From Eledone cirrhosa (lineage: Eukaryota): a DNA stretch of 64,000 nucleotides. The DNA is taken from the NCBI GenBank assembly GCA_964016885.1, contig OZ024740.1, positions 9,982,001 through 10,046,000 of the forward strand, given 5' to 3'. Shown here piece after piece: positions 25,385 to 38,529 of this stretch (its first letter is position 1; every line of letters begins with the position of its first letter). A program made the position numbers and the translations under genes. The notes under the pieces are model-generated. The model saw only the letters and a list, made by a program, of their open reading frames with translations. It was not told where the DNA came from and searched no databases.

Positions 25385-25986
25385 ACATGCATATATATAT
25401 ATAAATATAAGTATGTATACGTACATATATGTATACAGACGTACAGTAGTACATGCACACATATATATATGTACGTATGGGTTTACCGAACATTTATTAT
25501 AATGTTCGGTTTTTTTGTAAACAAACAGCCCGAATTAAGCCGTACAGTGTTCGGCAATCATCGTTGCTCATTTGTTCAACACTGACAAAGGAACGATGAA
25601 CTAGTTTCTAGCTTCTTAGCTGTCATCAGCACCTGTCAGATGATTGAACGTTTGAAAGTATATACTTTCCTTATGCATATTAACGGTTGAGCAGCCTAAT
25701 TTGCTTATCGAGTGAGTTAGTCGGCCGGGCGTACCGAAAACGATAAATGGAAAAGATGAAATTTCATTTCTCACTCTTAGTACGGCTGATACTTAAATAT
25801 AAGTATGTATACGTACATACATATATGTATACAGACGTACAGTAGTATGTATATACATACATACATGCACAAATATATATATGTACGTATGGGTTAACCG
25901 AACATTCATTATAATGTTCGGTTTGTTTGTAAACAAACAGCCCGACTTAAGCTGTACATTGTTCGGCAACCATCGTTGCCCTTTTG
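25385..25986 (-). mobile_element. Hammerhead-bearing non-coding tandem repeat, ~1.5 units of 412 bp (retrozyme-like)
   Basis: gtacgtatgggtt(t/a)accgaac recurs at 25471 and 25883; hammerhead at 25594-25634; homologs at 32885, 59095 and 59838. Confidence 0.85.
25594..25634 (-). ncRNA. Minimal type I hammerhead ribozyme
   Basis: ggtg CTGATGA c agct aaga agct a GAAA ctag tt catc; palindromic stem III ACTAGT. Confidence 0.8.
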
Positions 25987-26218
25987 TGTATTTGTATGTA
26001 TATATATATAAATGAAGTATTTCTGTAGGAAATGTAAAGGAAAAGAGAGTGCTCTATGTAGGCTACAGAGCTTTTTAATTATGTAATAACTTCCATAATA
26101 ACATTTTTTTATGATGAATGAAGATAGACATAAGTATTTGTCTTCAAGAAACCACTGGTAAATGAATTAATTATATTATGTTGTTTATTACATAACTATA
26201 TATATATATATATATGTG

Positions 26219-26338
26219 TGGAGGCGCGTGGCTGAGTGGTTAGAGAATTGGATTCACAATCGTAAGGCTGTGAGTTCGATTCCCGAACCGGGCGATGCGT
26301 TATGTCCTTGAGCAAGACACTTTGTTTCACGTTGCTCC
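26219..26338 (+). mobile_element. tRNA-derived SINE head, 3'-truncated
   Basis: tggctgagtggttaga, gagttcgattccc, gtccttgagcaagacact. Confidence 0.85.
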
Positions 26339-26634
26339 TTCTACCTGGAGTTGCGACCGATAGATAGTATTAGCATTTGGAAAGACCAATGGAGACATTG
26401 TTTCCTCGGTCCGATTTGACGAAAGTCGATCGACTGTCGATATATATATATATATATAGTAATAATAATAAATTTGAAGACTAAAATCCAAAGAGGGCTC
26501 GATAAGGATAAATATATCAAATATATTTTTGAAATATCCACTTCTGCGTTTACAGATTGACTTTGTTAGTTTCAGAAGATCCCGTTAAGGGTGAAAGCAG
26601 CGATTCTTTGCTTAAACTTTAATCTGTTATTTTA

Positions 26635-26678
<44 letters not shown>

Positions 26679-26790
26679 GGTTGTTTTGAAAGCCTCAACA
26701 ATGCAGATGGGTAAATCTCCAGAGTGTAAAGAGTGTAAAAATAATAACATTGTTATTTATTTTTACACTCTTTCCTATGTTGCTCTATAT

Positions 26791-27149
26791 CAGTGGTTCT
26801 CAACGGTGCGCCCGGGACAATTTTGAGTGGGCCCGGAGAAATTTCAATGGGCCTGGAAATTTTTTCAGACTTTCTTGGAACTTAAGATCACACAAAATTT
26901 AAATGCAGTCGGGATGATATGAGGTTAAGTGTTCCAGAATGCTCTTTGAGTACTGATCCTGGCAATTTCTAGGGAGTAAAGTGGGCCGGGAGAACAAAAA
27001 GATTGAAAAGCACTAGTATATATATATCATGTGGGGGTTATAGTCCGGAATAGTTTTTGAGCACTAGTTTACGCTTGTAAAATAAGTGGGCCCGGACATT
27101 TTCGGGAGCTAAAAGTGGGCCCGGAGGTCAAAAAGGTTGAGAAACACTG
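26791..27149. mobile_element. hAT (Charlie-like) MITE
   Basis: TIRs cagtggttctcaac / gttgagaaacactg, imperfect 8 bp TSD ctctatat/ctctacac, subterminal gtgggcccgg repeats; inserted within a fold-back PLE-tail fragment (26675-27310). Confidence 0.85.
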
Positions 27150-27305
27150 CTCTACACCCTATACGTCTCATTCTATATTTCCTCTTACATCTCTCTCATT
27201 ACCACCTGATTCTGTTACCCGGGGATTTACCCATCTGCATTGTTGAGGCTTCCAAAACAACCAATTTTATTATTCCACAATGCTTCAAGCAAACTTCAAC
27301 ATTCT

Positions 27306-27412
<107 letters not shown>

Positions 27413-27414
27413 CA

Positions 27415-27604
27415 AAGGAATTATGGTAAGAAACCAGATAGACCATAACGCACCAGAGTACTCAATACTTTGGGTAGTAGAGTGGGAATAAGAAAAAGTA
27501 TGACCCCGACGGCAGAACTCAAGCCGTTTCGACGGCTATTTCTGAGTCCAGAAATAGCCGTCGAAACGGCTTGAGCTCTGCCGTCGGTGTCATACTTTTT
27601 CCTA
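27415..27604 (-). mobile_element. Miniature fold-back/half-hammerhead element, copy 4
   Basis: Hairpin ~27489-27604 (apex tttctgagtccagaaa) plus the conserved tail in minus orientation; (TA)n flanks. Confidence 0.85.
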
Positions 27605-27617
27605 TATATATATATAA

Positions 27618-27952
27618 TGGAGGCACATGGCTTAGTGGTTAGAGCATTGGCCTTGCAATCGAAAGGTTGTGAGTTCAATTCTCAGACCGGATGATGTGTT
27701 GTTTCCTTGAGCAAGACACTTTATTTCACATTGCTCCAATTTACTCAGCTGTAGAAATGAGATGATAGGGACCCCAGTCCCTATCATTCCACTGCAAAGT
27801 GGACGTGGAGGTGCCACGGCAAAAAAGCACCCAGCACTCACTGTAAATGAGGTTGGTGTTAGGAAGGGCATCCAGCTGTAGAAATCAAGCCAGAATCAGT
27901 TCCCGTCCCACCCTTGCAAGCAGGTAAAAAGCGGACGTAAAATGAAATGAAA

Positions 27953-27955
<3 letters not shown>
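27618..27955 (+). mobile_element. Full-length tRNA-derived SINE (near-identical to 15755-16082)
   Basis: Direct alignment by eye. Confidence 0.92.
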
Positions 27956-27989
<34 letters not shown>

Positions 27990-28178
27990 GGTGTTAAAGT
28001 TTGCTTGAAGCATTGTGAAATGTGTAAAATACGTAGTTTAGAAAGCCACAACAATGCAGAGGGAAATCTCGAGGTAGGAAGTGAATGATAGATAGGAGAA
28101 ATAGGATAAAGTGAAAATTGAGAGAGACAAAGATGAAAACAAAACAAAGGTAGAAGGGTTACCGTAGTGGAGATTTAA

Positions 28179-28214
28179 TCCCAATATTTCGGGCTCACGC
28201 CCATCAACGGGGGA
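28179..28214 (-). ncRNA. Degenerate minimal hammerhead
   Basis: tccc CCGTTGA t gggc gtga gccc GAAA ta tt ggga; stems intact, but two substitutions in the CUGAUGA core. Confidence 0.5.
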
Positions 28215-28831
28215 AAGTTCCAAAAGGGGGGGGGGGGGAACAGGCTAAGCGGAGAAAGTTGTGATGTCGTTAAAACAAGAATGCCGTTATGGGGAGAAAA
28301 AAAAAATTATTTAAAATTTAAATGAGGGAAAGAATGCGCGTGCGCGTGATAGGCTCTGGCAAAAGCTACTGACCAAATGGGTTAAATCAAGAGGGTGCGC
28401 TAGCGTGTGAAAGCCGTAAAATATGTGTGTGTAAATATATATGTGTGTGTAACTGTGTGTGTATATGTGTAAGTGTGTATATGTGTGAGTGTGTGTGTGT
28501 GTGAAAGATAGTGGGCTGTAGAAGCTGGAAATCAAAGGGTGTGAAAGGTGGTAGGTTGTAAAACATGTGTGCGTGTATAAATATAGATGTGTGTGTGTAA
28601 GCGTATGGGTATACATGTGTGTGTAACTGTGTGTGTATATGTGTGAGTGCGTGTGTGTGTGAAAGATAGTGGGCTGTAGAAGCTGGAAATCAAAGGGTGT
28701 GAAAGGTGGTAGGCTGTAAAAACATGTGTGCGTGTATAAATATAGATGTGTGTGTGTATGAGTATGGGTATGCATATACGTGCGTGTGTGTGAAAATAGC
28801 AGGCCGTAAGGGCTGTGAATGGTCACTATGG

Positions 28832-30292
28832 TTAAGTTAGCCATGTCAGCTCATTTCTCTCAGCCCGGTTGTTAAGTGGGGGTCTGAGGTTCTTAATAAC
28901 AAGTGCTTCCTTTATCCTTAAGGATCCGATGCTGCGTTCAGTCGCTAGGACTGTGACCAAGGGTCTACCCTGTGGGTTTCCGCATTTAAGGATGTGTTTA
29001 CGGAAGGAAGATGCGTTGGTGTTGATATGTTCCTTGATACGAACATGTAGGGGTCGGATGGTGCTACCTATGTAAAACTTGTTACATTTATCGCATTGAA
29101 TCTTATATACGACATAGGTGCGTAGGCAATCTGCCCCCCGTATCGGGCAGTTGCTGAGGGAACACGTCCCATCTGACTCGTCGGGTTTGTTGGAGAGGCA
29201 TCTTCGCAGCGAAGGTCCTGTGTGGGCCAAATGTATGTCAAGTCCCTCCGTCCGTATGGCCCTGCGGATGGCGTTCGTGGTATATTCACTCAGGTGGGGG
29301 ATTTTAAAGAAGCACCTGCTTTTATTTAAGTTTCTAGTGGGTGTCTGTCTATTGGGTCTGGGGTCTCTAATTCCGTTAATCAGTCGCTTGGGATATCCAT
29401 TAGACCTGAGTAGATTACGGAATTGCGTGGTATGGGTGAGACCACCCATCGGGTCGCTGCATCTGTTAGTGATCCGTGTCAGTTCATTTAGGACATAGCC
29501 TCTCTTAGCGTTGTTGGGGAGGGCTGAGTTGTAATGCACAAATAAGTCCTTGCACGCTGCTTTGCGGTAGAAGGTGGTGTTTATGTCTCCTTCTTCCGAG
29601 ATGTTGATACGGAAGTCGAGGAGGGCGAGTGACCCGTCTTCTCCTGGGTGTTCGATGGTGAAATCGATGTGATGGTCAGTATCGTTGAAGATTTGGTGAA
29701 TTTCATTCGCCATCTCCCGGGAAGAAATAAGTATCAAGATGTCATCAACGTATCTGGAGTAGAAGGCGACGGCGTTGGGTTGGCAGGTATTGAGTGCCTT
29801 GCGTTCCAGGTGGTCGATGTACGAGATCGCAAGTATGCCGGACAGACTAGAGCCCATAGGTAGCCCAGAGATTTGTTTGTACGTGTGGCCGAGGAAATTG
29901 AAGAGTGCATTATCCACAACGAAGGAGAGGAGTTGGTGGATGTCCGTGTGTGTGAGTCCGAAGCAGTGTAAGTTAGATGCTCGGACTCGTTCGGTCAACA
30001 GGTCGACGGCTGGGGATGTTGGTACGGAGGTATAAAGGGCGACCACATCAAGACTGAAGACATAACCGTTGTCCTTTCTGGTGTTGGGCGCCAGATGGTG
30101 TAGTCGCTCCAAGACCTCCTTTGAGCTGCAGACGTGGGCTGGTAGTGTGTGTAGAATAGGTTTCAGTAGTGTGGAGAGCAGCCACGATATTTTGTAGAGT
30201 GGGCCCTCCACGCTAGAGACAATGGGCCTGATTTTCAAATCGGGTCCTTGTTTATGTGTTTTAACCAGGTGGTAGAAGGTGGGTAGTTTGTC
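28832..30292 (-). CDS. Penelope-like RT + GIY-YIG ORF, uninterrupted but 5'-truncated
   Basis: PTFYHLVKTHK, IRPIVS, SLDVVALYTSVP, QISGLPMGSSLS, RYVDD, LLDFRI, VVYKIQC..C..FYIGST.RPLHVRIKEH. Confidence 0.92.
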   Translation of the reverse strand, partial: DKLPTFYHLVKTHKQGPDLKIRPIVSSVEGPLYKISWLLSTLLKPILHTLPAHVCSSKEVLERLHHLAPNTRKDNGYVFSLDVVALYTSVPTSPAVDLLTERVRASNLHCFGLTHTDIHQLLSFVVDNALFNFLGHTYKQISGLPMGSSLSGILAISYIDHLERKALNTCQPNAVAFYSRYVDDILILISSREMANEIHQIFNDTDHHIDFTIEHPGEDGSLALLDFRINISEEGDINTTFYRKAACKDLFVHYNSALPNNAKRGYVLNELTRITNRCSDPMGGLTHTTQFRNLLRSNGYPKRLINGIRDPRPNRQTPTRNLNKSRCFFKIPHLSEYTTNAIRRAIRTEGLDIHLAHTGPSLRRCLSNKPDESDGTCSLSNCPIRGADCLRTYVVYKIQCDKCNKFYIGSTIRPLHVRIKEHINTNASSFRKHILKCGNPQGRPLVTVLATERSIGSLRIKEALVIKNLRPPLNNRAERNELTWLT

Positions 30293-30624
30293 GTATATAT
30301 TTATTTATTAAAATATATATATATATATTGTAAAGAGCTCGACAGCTGAGCTCTTGCTGTTTCCATGACGAATTATAAAAAAACTACACTCTACTATCCC
30401 AAGGATGGAGGACTTTGCTGAACAATAGTCTTACTAATCTAAACTGGTAACCCCTAATGGACAGTTAATGTGTTGTATAATTAATTAATTAATAAGATTG
30501 ACTTAATGGTGAAACTTTCACATGTTGGCAATTATCCATTAATTGCGGTGATTATTGTGTTTGTTGAGAAGCAGAAACAACTGTTGCTGGAACATTTATT
30601 GGAGAACTATAGATTTCTTACTAC

Positions 30625-31125
30625 TATTGGCACGAGGCCAGCAATTTGAATGGGGGGGGGTAAATCGACCCAAGTGTGTGACTGGTACTATATTTACTCG
30701 ACTCCGTAACGATGAAAGGCAAAGTTAACCTCGGCGGGCTTTGAACTCAGAATGGCAAGGGCCGTAACTCAATGCGTCAAAGCATGGTGTCCGACCCTCT
30801 AACGATACTGCCAATCCACATTGTAATAATGGTTTCTAATTTAGGCACAAGGCCGGCAATACGAAGTGGAAGGGAAAGTCGATTAAATCGACCCCAGTGC
30901 ATTACTGCTACTTTATTTTATCGCCCCCAGTAAGGATGAAAGGTAATGGTAAACTTGGTGAGATTTAAACTCGTCAAGGGTCGTAACTATATGTAACATA
31001 ACTTGAAGGCCGTAACTATATGTAAGATAAGGTGAAGGGCAGTAACTGTATGTAACATAAGGTGAAGGGCAGTAACTGTATGCTACAAAGTATGTTGCCC
31101 GACGTTCTACCAACTCTCCCACTGC
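30625..31125 (-). mobile_element. Two adjacent SINEs of the 25181 family; the second has an internal 30 bp tandem expansion
   Basis: ggcacgaggccagcaat/ggcacaaggccggcaat tails, gatgaaagg core, repeated gtaactatatgtaa(c/g)ataa at 30980-31080. Confidence 0.8.
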
Positions 31126-31343
31126 CCATTATTAGAACTATATATTGCTAATGTAATATTTCAGTCTTCTACATCTTACTTTTTATGTAGGGTATTGTAT
31201 CTTTAACAATATCTATGTCACTTCCTTTTCATTGCTATTTTACTGCCAAATTTGCATCGATGGGTTATTGGTCAACAAGTCAATAATTTTATATATCGAT
31301 ATTTGCACTGTACACACACACACACGCACACACACACCCACAC

Positions 31344-31478
<135 letters not shown>

Positions 31479-31788
31479 GTAAGTTCCTACCTTACGAAAG
31501 TCATACTTACAAACTTACCACGCAGATACGAAGAGTCTCATGAAGAAAAAAAGAACATTTTGTCTGTTTTTGAAAATCACATTTTTGTGGGCTCTTTCTT
31601 CGGGCCCTGAGTTCGTTCTTTTGCAGCAAAAATTAAAAAAAAAGCCAAAATGGACCTTACGGTATGGGATAACATTCTGTTTTCACAGAAATTGAAAAAG
31701 TACTTTTTTCTTTAACAATTTATTGTCATTAGATTTACAGCATTTAAATTCGTTATTACATGTTATATATACCTCTATATACTGTATG

Positions 31789-31867
<79 letters not shown>

Positions 31868-31869
<2 letters not shown>

Positions 31870-32217
31870 ATGAAAAGTATAGAAATTATTGTAGCAAGAA
31901 GCCAACAGTATACCATAATATATAAGTGACTATAGCGTCAAAATGGAAAAATAGTTAACGTAAGATGTGGGAAAATAATTCAAACTCAATTCAAAAAGAA
32001 TCAGGATATAGATTCATCCACAGAATTTGGTGAAATCCAGGGAAAAATCAATAGAGCCTTAACTCAGAATAAAATAAAGTTTAAAATATTCATCCTTCAA
32101 TTTGGAAAAACTACAAATGCTCTGCATAGTCTTAAGGTCTATTTCACGAAACTTTCAGTGGGGATGGTCACGGTTGGAGTCGATCATCAGCAGAGCTCAA
32201 AGACACGATAAACAAAG

Positions 32218-32220
<3 letters not shown>
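31868..32220 (-). mobile_element. Hammerhead-bearing dispersed repeat (probable PLE terminus)
   Basis: Homology to 16770-17005; (TA)n flanks; hammerhead at 32119-32196. Confidence 0.8.
32119..32196 (-). ncRNA. Type I hammerhead, probably inactive (G at the cleavage position)
   Basis: gctctg CTGATGA tcgac...gtttcgt GAAA tag accttaaga cta tg cagagc; 6 bp stem I, tag/cta stem III. Confidence 0.68.
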
Positions 32221-32252
<32 letters not shown>

Positions 32253-32764
32253 AAAAATAGTCATTCGTCACTGATTTTCCAACCATCATTGGTATTTCAT
32301 CGCATTAAAAATCAGATACCTCAGGTTGGTGCGAGCAATAACTAAAAAAAGTTATTGGGACCAGAATTCGCGTAAGGCGAGGGGGACAAGTAAACAACAT
32401 AGAAGGATAAAAGCAAACTGAAGATAGGAAAATAAACAAGCAACATGGTTGTCCTGTCAGCATAAGCTGGGTGGATTTCATGAGCGAGAGAGGTACAGAC
32501 CGTGTTGATGTGTGTGAGATGTGAGCAAGAAGAGACCCACACAAGCCAAACGGGAGGAAGTGAGAAGGGGAGAAACAGAGAGTGAGTGAGTGGAAGTGTG
32601 AGGAAGAGGTCAGTCGAGAGAAAGTGTAACTGACAGAGGGGGCGAAAGAAGGTGAGAGAAACAGAGAGAGCGGGGAAGTAGTAAGAGAGAAACAGACAAA
32701 CGCAGCCGAGGTAAATATATATAAAAAACATGAGAAGAAAGAAGAATACTGCGTGGTTTGCACA

Positions 32765-32880
32765 TGGGTTACATATGACGCACCAAAGTACTCAATACTT
32801 AGGGTAGTAGAGTGGGTAATAGTCCAGAATTAGCCGTCCAAACGGCTTGAGCTCGGCCGTCGGGGTCCTACTCGTTCCTA
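32765..32880. mobile_element. Rearranged miniature half-hammerhead element, copy 5
   Basis: Tail (minus) joined to agtccagaattagccgtc(c)aaacggcttgagctcggccgtcggggtcc...ttccta. Confidence 0.78.
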
Positions 32881-32884
32881 TATA

Positions 32885-33175
32885 TATATATAAATATAAG
32901 TATGTAAACCTACATACATATAAGTATACAGACGTACAGTAGTATGTATATATATACCTACATGCACACATATATATATGTACGTATGGATTCACCGACC
33001 ATTTATTATAATGATCGGTGTGTTTGTAATATATATATATGTGTGCATGTAGGTATATATATATACATAATACTGTACGTCTGTATACATATATGTATGT
33101 ACGTGTACATACTTATATTTAAGTAACAGCCGTACTAAGAGTGAGAAATGAAATTTCGTTTCATTTTTCTGTTTA
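32885..33175. mobile_element. Inverted (fold-back) fragment of the 412 bp retrozyme-like family
   Basis: 32885-33028 matches 25795-25930; 33030-33175 is the opposite strand of the same family (gccgtactaagagtgagaaatgaaattt). Confidence 0.82.
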
Positions 33176-33189
33176 TATATATATACTTG

Positions 33190-33890
33190 TGTCTCCCACG
33201 TATGAGCGCGCTTTCTGGAGTAATTTCCATTTGAGCGTGAAAAGGGTGGAGTTTCTCTTGAGGTCCTACACATAGGAGGTGAGTGTTGTCTGGATTTGTC
33301 CGGTCTTCTGAACGAGTGGGTATGGGCATACCACCGGGTTTTAAAATTGTTGGAAGTCAATTCGATATAAGTCTTTTTGTTGTCACTAATACCTGAGACG
33401 ACATCACATTTATATACGATGCCATTCATCAGGCGTTTGTTTTCAAGTGGGCAGGCTTCCTTATTTTGGCAGTTGCACAGTACTCCCGTCCAAGGATGGA
33501 TTTCGGAGGTAGTAGGTTTATCTAATTTAGCAGTGTTGAGATTGGCTATATTCCTAGCTAAGTTAGGTGTAGTGAAGTAGGGGAGTCTTATTCTATTCTT
33601 ATTAAAGATAGTGTAGTACCTATGTTGTGTGGGGAAGTGTGTATTCAGCAATTTGAAGAAATACCTAGCTATAGGTGTAAAAACCTCTCTATCGAAGAGG
33701 GGGGGGGGGCTGTACCAACTAGTCTGCCAATGCCTATTTCTCCTAGGTAGTCTTGGGGTGGTTTCTAGATAAGTAATCCTTTCTTTAAACCACTGCGGAC
33801 TAGGCGTCGTTGTAATAAGAGGCAGATCAGATGCACTAAAGATGTCCTTATTGGCCGAGAGGCCGGACATTCTGAGTGAAACGCTTTTAA
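33190..33890 (-). pseudogene. Penelope-like linker + GIY-YIG remnant (type of 20636)
   Basis: HFPTQHRYYTIFNKNRIRL..FTTPNLA...CNCQNKEACPLENK...IVYKC...TYI.LTSNNFKTRWYAHTHSFR. Confidence 0.88.
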
Positions 33891-33982
33891 CTAAGTAACC
33901 ATTCGTCCTTGTATATATATATATATATATATTTCCAATTCCACCCCACCCGTTCCTTCAATCTATCTTATTTCTCATTCTT

Positions 33983-34018
33983 TCTTCTGATGAAGAACTA
34001 GCGTACGAAACGTTAAGA
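33983..34018 (+). ncRNA. Minimal hammerhead, decayed stem II
   Basis: tctt CTGATGA agaactagcgtac GAAA cg tt aaga; palindromic stem III ACGT. Confidence 0.6.
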
Positions 34019-34119
34019 CCCTCTTCCTGCTATTTCAAGCGTTGACCTAATATATTCCTTCCATATACTGAACCGATTGTGTTGTTATTTCTGTTTACCT
34101 TTTACACACACACACACAT

Positions 34120-34161
<42 letters not shown>

Positions 34162-34424
34162 AAGTTCCTGGAAGGGCTAGCACTAAAGTTCAGTATTGAG
34201 AACTACACCAGATCCCCAAGAGAACGCCACTAGATACTATCTAAGGATCCGACCTCCTTATCTAGAACAAGGATTACTGCAATACTGTGGACCCTAGAGC
34301 CACGACCTTTCAATACCTTGCGAAAAAACAAAAATAAAAAATAACAAGCAAAAAACAACAGAAACGCTAATGATGGTGTCCTAGCATACCTCATGACCCG
34401 GAACAGGTAAAAGAGTAAAATACA

Positions 34425-35140
34425 GTGCACATACACACATACAGGTAAAATAGTACATTATAGTTCAAACACACACATACACACACATATACACACATAC
34501 ACACATACACACACATATACACACATACACACACACACACATATACACACATACACACACGCATACACACATACACACATAAACACATACACACATATAT
34601 ATATACACACATACACACACATATACACACATAAACACATACATACACATATACACACATATATAGACATATACATACACATACACACACATACTCACAC
34701 ATACTCACACATACACATACATACACACACGTACACACATATATACATACATATATACAGGAAAAAGAATGGGCATACACACAGATACACGCATAAATAT
34801 ACACACATATACATACACATACATATACAGGTAAACGAGTACATTATAGTTCAAACACATACGCATACAGGTAAATGAGTGTGCACACACACATACAGAC
34901 ATATATATGCATATACACGCATATACACACACATACATACACATACTTAGACACACAAATACACACACATACATACACATAATTACACACACATATATAC
35001 ACGCACACATACACACACGCATATATATACATATATATATACATATATACACATATATACACATATACACACACACTTACACACATATATACACAAATAC
35101 ACACACACACATATATATATATACATATATACATATACAC
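34425..35140. repeat. (CA/TA) compound microsatellite with a duplicated acaggtaaa...gtacattatagttcaaac block
   Basis: The block occurs at ~34441 and ~34827. Confidence 0.85.
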
Positions 35141-35273
35141 ACCTATCAGACCTATGTACCAGTCAGTTTTGTTAGGGTCGTCTGCTTTCTTCCATTTATT
35201 TCGCCGTCGTAACAATGTTTATTTTCAATTTCAACCTGACGTCAGATTTCCAAACATAATCAACCCTCTAATT

Positions 35274-35560
35274 ACTGGTTCTATCCCCCCAACACCTCTC
35301 TAGACCTCTCTAATACCTCTCTAATACCTCTCTCTCTCTCACATACTCACTCTCTCACCTCCATCACTGGTTCTATCCCCCCAACACCTCTTTAGACCTC
35401 TCTAATACCTCTCTAATACCTCTTCTTTCTCTCTCTCTCTCACTCTCTCACCACCATTACTGGTTCTATTCCCCCCCCCCACCTCTCTAACATCTCTGTA
35501 ATACCTCTCTAATACCTCTTCTTTCTCTCTCTCTCACATACTCACTCTCATTCTCTCACC
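35274..35560. repeat. CT-rich ~90 bp tandem repeat, 3 copies
   Basis: actggttctat-ccccc...cctctctaatacctct recurs at ~35274, 35366 and 35459. Confidence 0.85.
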
Positions 35561-36094
35561 TCCATTATCCTCTCCTTCTCTCACTTCCTCATCATCTCTC
35601 TCTCTCTCTCTCCCTTTTTCATCCTCTTTATCCCTCTTCCTCTCTCTCACTCCCCTTCCTCTCTCTTACTTCCTCTTCTCCCTCCCTACCAGGCCCCTCT
35701 CTTCAATATCCTCTAATAACCCCTCAATTAGTTGACACCAATCTCTACAACCTTCGCCACACTCTCATCGTCACCTCCCCTTCCACCTCCCCCTCCTCCT
35801 CCCCAACCTAAACCCCTTCTCCCCACCGTCATCCTCTTCTCTCCATAACTTTTTTTTCGTACTATGCATTGAAGTATATATATATATATCCCCCCCTCTC
35901 TCTCCCTCTCTCTTTCTACCTCACTCTCCCCCACTCTCCCCATCTCTATCCCTCTTATTCTCTCCCTCTCTCCCTCCCACTCTCCCCACCCACCCTCTCT
36001 ATACATACATGTATGGTGTGAGGGTTATTGAGAAGATATAGAGAGAGTAGAAGTGGGAGGAGGAAGAAGTGTAGCAATAGTGATGATGATGATG

Positions 36095-36215
36095 GCACAC
36101 AGACACACAGACACACACACACACACACACACAGACACACAGACACACACAGACACACAGACACACAGACACACATACAGACACAGACACACACACACAG
36201 ACACACATACACACA

Positions 36216-36258
<43 letters not shown>

Positions 36259-36697
36259 ACATACACACACATACAGACACAGACACACATACAGACACAG
36301 ACACACACAGACACACATACACAGACACACAGACACACAAAGACACACAGACAGACACACACACACACACACAGACACACATACAGACACAGACACACAC
36401 ACACAGACACACATACACACAGACACACACAGACACACAGACACACACACACACACACAGACACACACACACACACAGACACACAGACACACAGACACAC
36501 ATACAGACACAGACACACACACACAGACACACATACACACAGACACACACAGACACACACAGACACACACAGACACACAGACACACACACACAGACACAC
36601 ACACATACAGACACAGACACACATACAGACACAGACACACACGCACAGACACACATACAGATACAGACACACACACACAGTCACACACAGACACACA

Positions 36698-36738
<41 letters not shown>

Positions 36739-37645
36739 ACACAGACACAGACACACACACACAGACACACACACACAGACACACACATACAGACACACAC
36801 ACACACACACAGACACAGACACAGACACACACACACACAGACACACAGACACACACAGACACACAGACACACAAACACACACACACACACACAGACACAC
36901 AGACACACAAACACACACACACACAGACACACAAACACACACAGACACAGACACACACACACACAGACACACATACAGACACACACACACACACACACAC
37001 AGACACACAGACACACAAACACACACACACACAGACACACAAACACACACAGACACAGACACACACACACACAGACACACAGACACACACACACACAGAC
37101 ACAGACACAGACACACACACACACAGACACACAAACACACACACACACAGACACACAAACACACACAGACACAGACACACACACACACAGACACACATAC
37201 AGACACACACACACACACACACACAGACACACAGACACACAAACACACACACACACAGACACACAAACACACACAGACACAGACACACACACACACAGAC
37301 ACACATACAGACACACACACACACACACACACAGACACACAGACACACAAACACACACACACACAGACACACAAACACACACAGACACAGACACACACAC
37401 ACACACACACACAGACACAGACACACACACACACAGACACACAGACACACACACACACAGACACAGACACAGACACAGACAGACACACAGACACACAGAC
37501 ACACACACACACAGACACACAGACACACACAGCCACACACACACAGACACACACACACACAGACACACAGACACACACAGCCACACACACACACACAGAC
37601 AAACACACACAGACACAGACACAGACACACAGACACACACACACA
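36095..37645. repeat. 1.55 kb (CA)n/(CAGACA)n microsatellite
   Basis: Direct reading. Confidence 0.97.
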
Positions 37646-37674
37646 TCCAACCAACCTACGTACCAAACAACTGT

Positions 37675-38465
37675 CATCATCATCATCAATACCACCATCA
37701 CCACCACCACCACCATCGCCATCTCCATCACCACCATCACCACCACCACCACCACCACCACCATCATCATCACCACCACCATCACCACCACCACCACCAC
37801 CACCACCACCACCACCATCATCATCACCACCACCATCACCACCACCACCACCACTACCACCACCGCCATCGCCATCACCACCACCACCACCACCACCACC
37901 ACCACCACTACCACCACCGCCATCGCCATCACCACCATCACCACCACCACCACCACCACCACCGCCATCGCCATCACCACCACCACCACCACCACCACCA
38001 CCGCCATCGCCATCACCACCATCACCACCACCACCACCACCACCACCATCGCCATCGCCATCACCACCACCACCACCACCACCACCACCACCACCATCGC
38101 CATCACCACCACCACCATCACCACCACCATCACCACCACCACCACCACCATTGCCATCATCACCACCACCACCACCACCATCACCACCACCATCATCATC
38201 ACCACCACCACCACCACTACCACCACCGCCATCATTACCACCACCACCACCACCACCACCTCCACCGCCATCATTACCACCACCACCATCATCACCACCA
38301 CCACCACCACCACCACCACCGCCATCATTACCACCACCACCACCACCACCTCCACCGCCATCATTACCACCACCATCGTCATCACCACCACCACCACCAC
38401 CACCGCCATCATTACCACCACCACCACCACCACCACCACCACCACCGTCACCACCACCACCATCA
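37675..38465. repeat. (CAC/CAT)n microsatellite
   Basis: Direct reading. Confidence 0.97.
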
Positions 38466-38529
38466 TTACATAAATGCTAAAGGGTTAAAGCTGTTTAGTT
38501 AAATGTTTTGCATTGCTGAACCACAACAG

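Larger units (their letters stand above)
27987..30292 (-). mobile_element. 5'-truncated Penelope-like element (second structural type)
   Basis: Open RT-GIY-YIG frame, 3' region with a ~160 bp internal tandem duplication (~28430-28770), degenerate hammerhead at 28179-28214, (TA)n flanks. Confidence 0.9.

Noticed and set aside
32278-32332. Hammerhead-like ccaac CTGAGGT...GAAA...gttgg on the minus strand; similar CAGAAGA...GAAA at ~26573-26600
   Set aside because: The cores deviate at invariant positions and stem I or III is poor; too degenerate to call.
35955-38502. Long Cys/Val, His/Thr and Tyr/Ile ORFs here and throughout the window
   Set aside because: They are translations of (CA)n, (TA)n and (CAC)n microsatellites.
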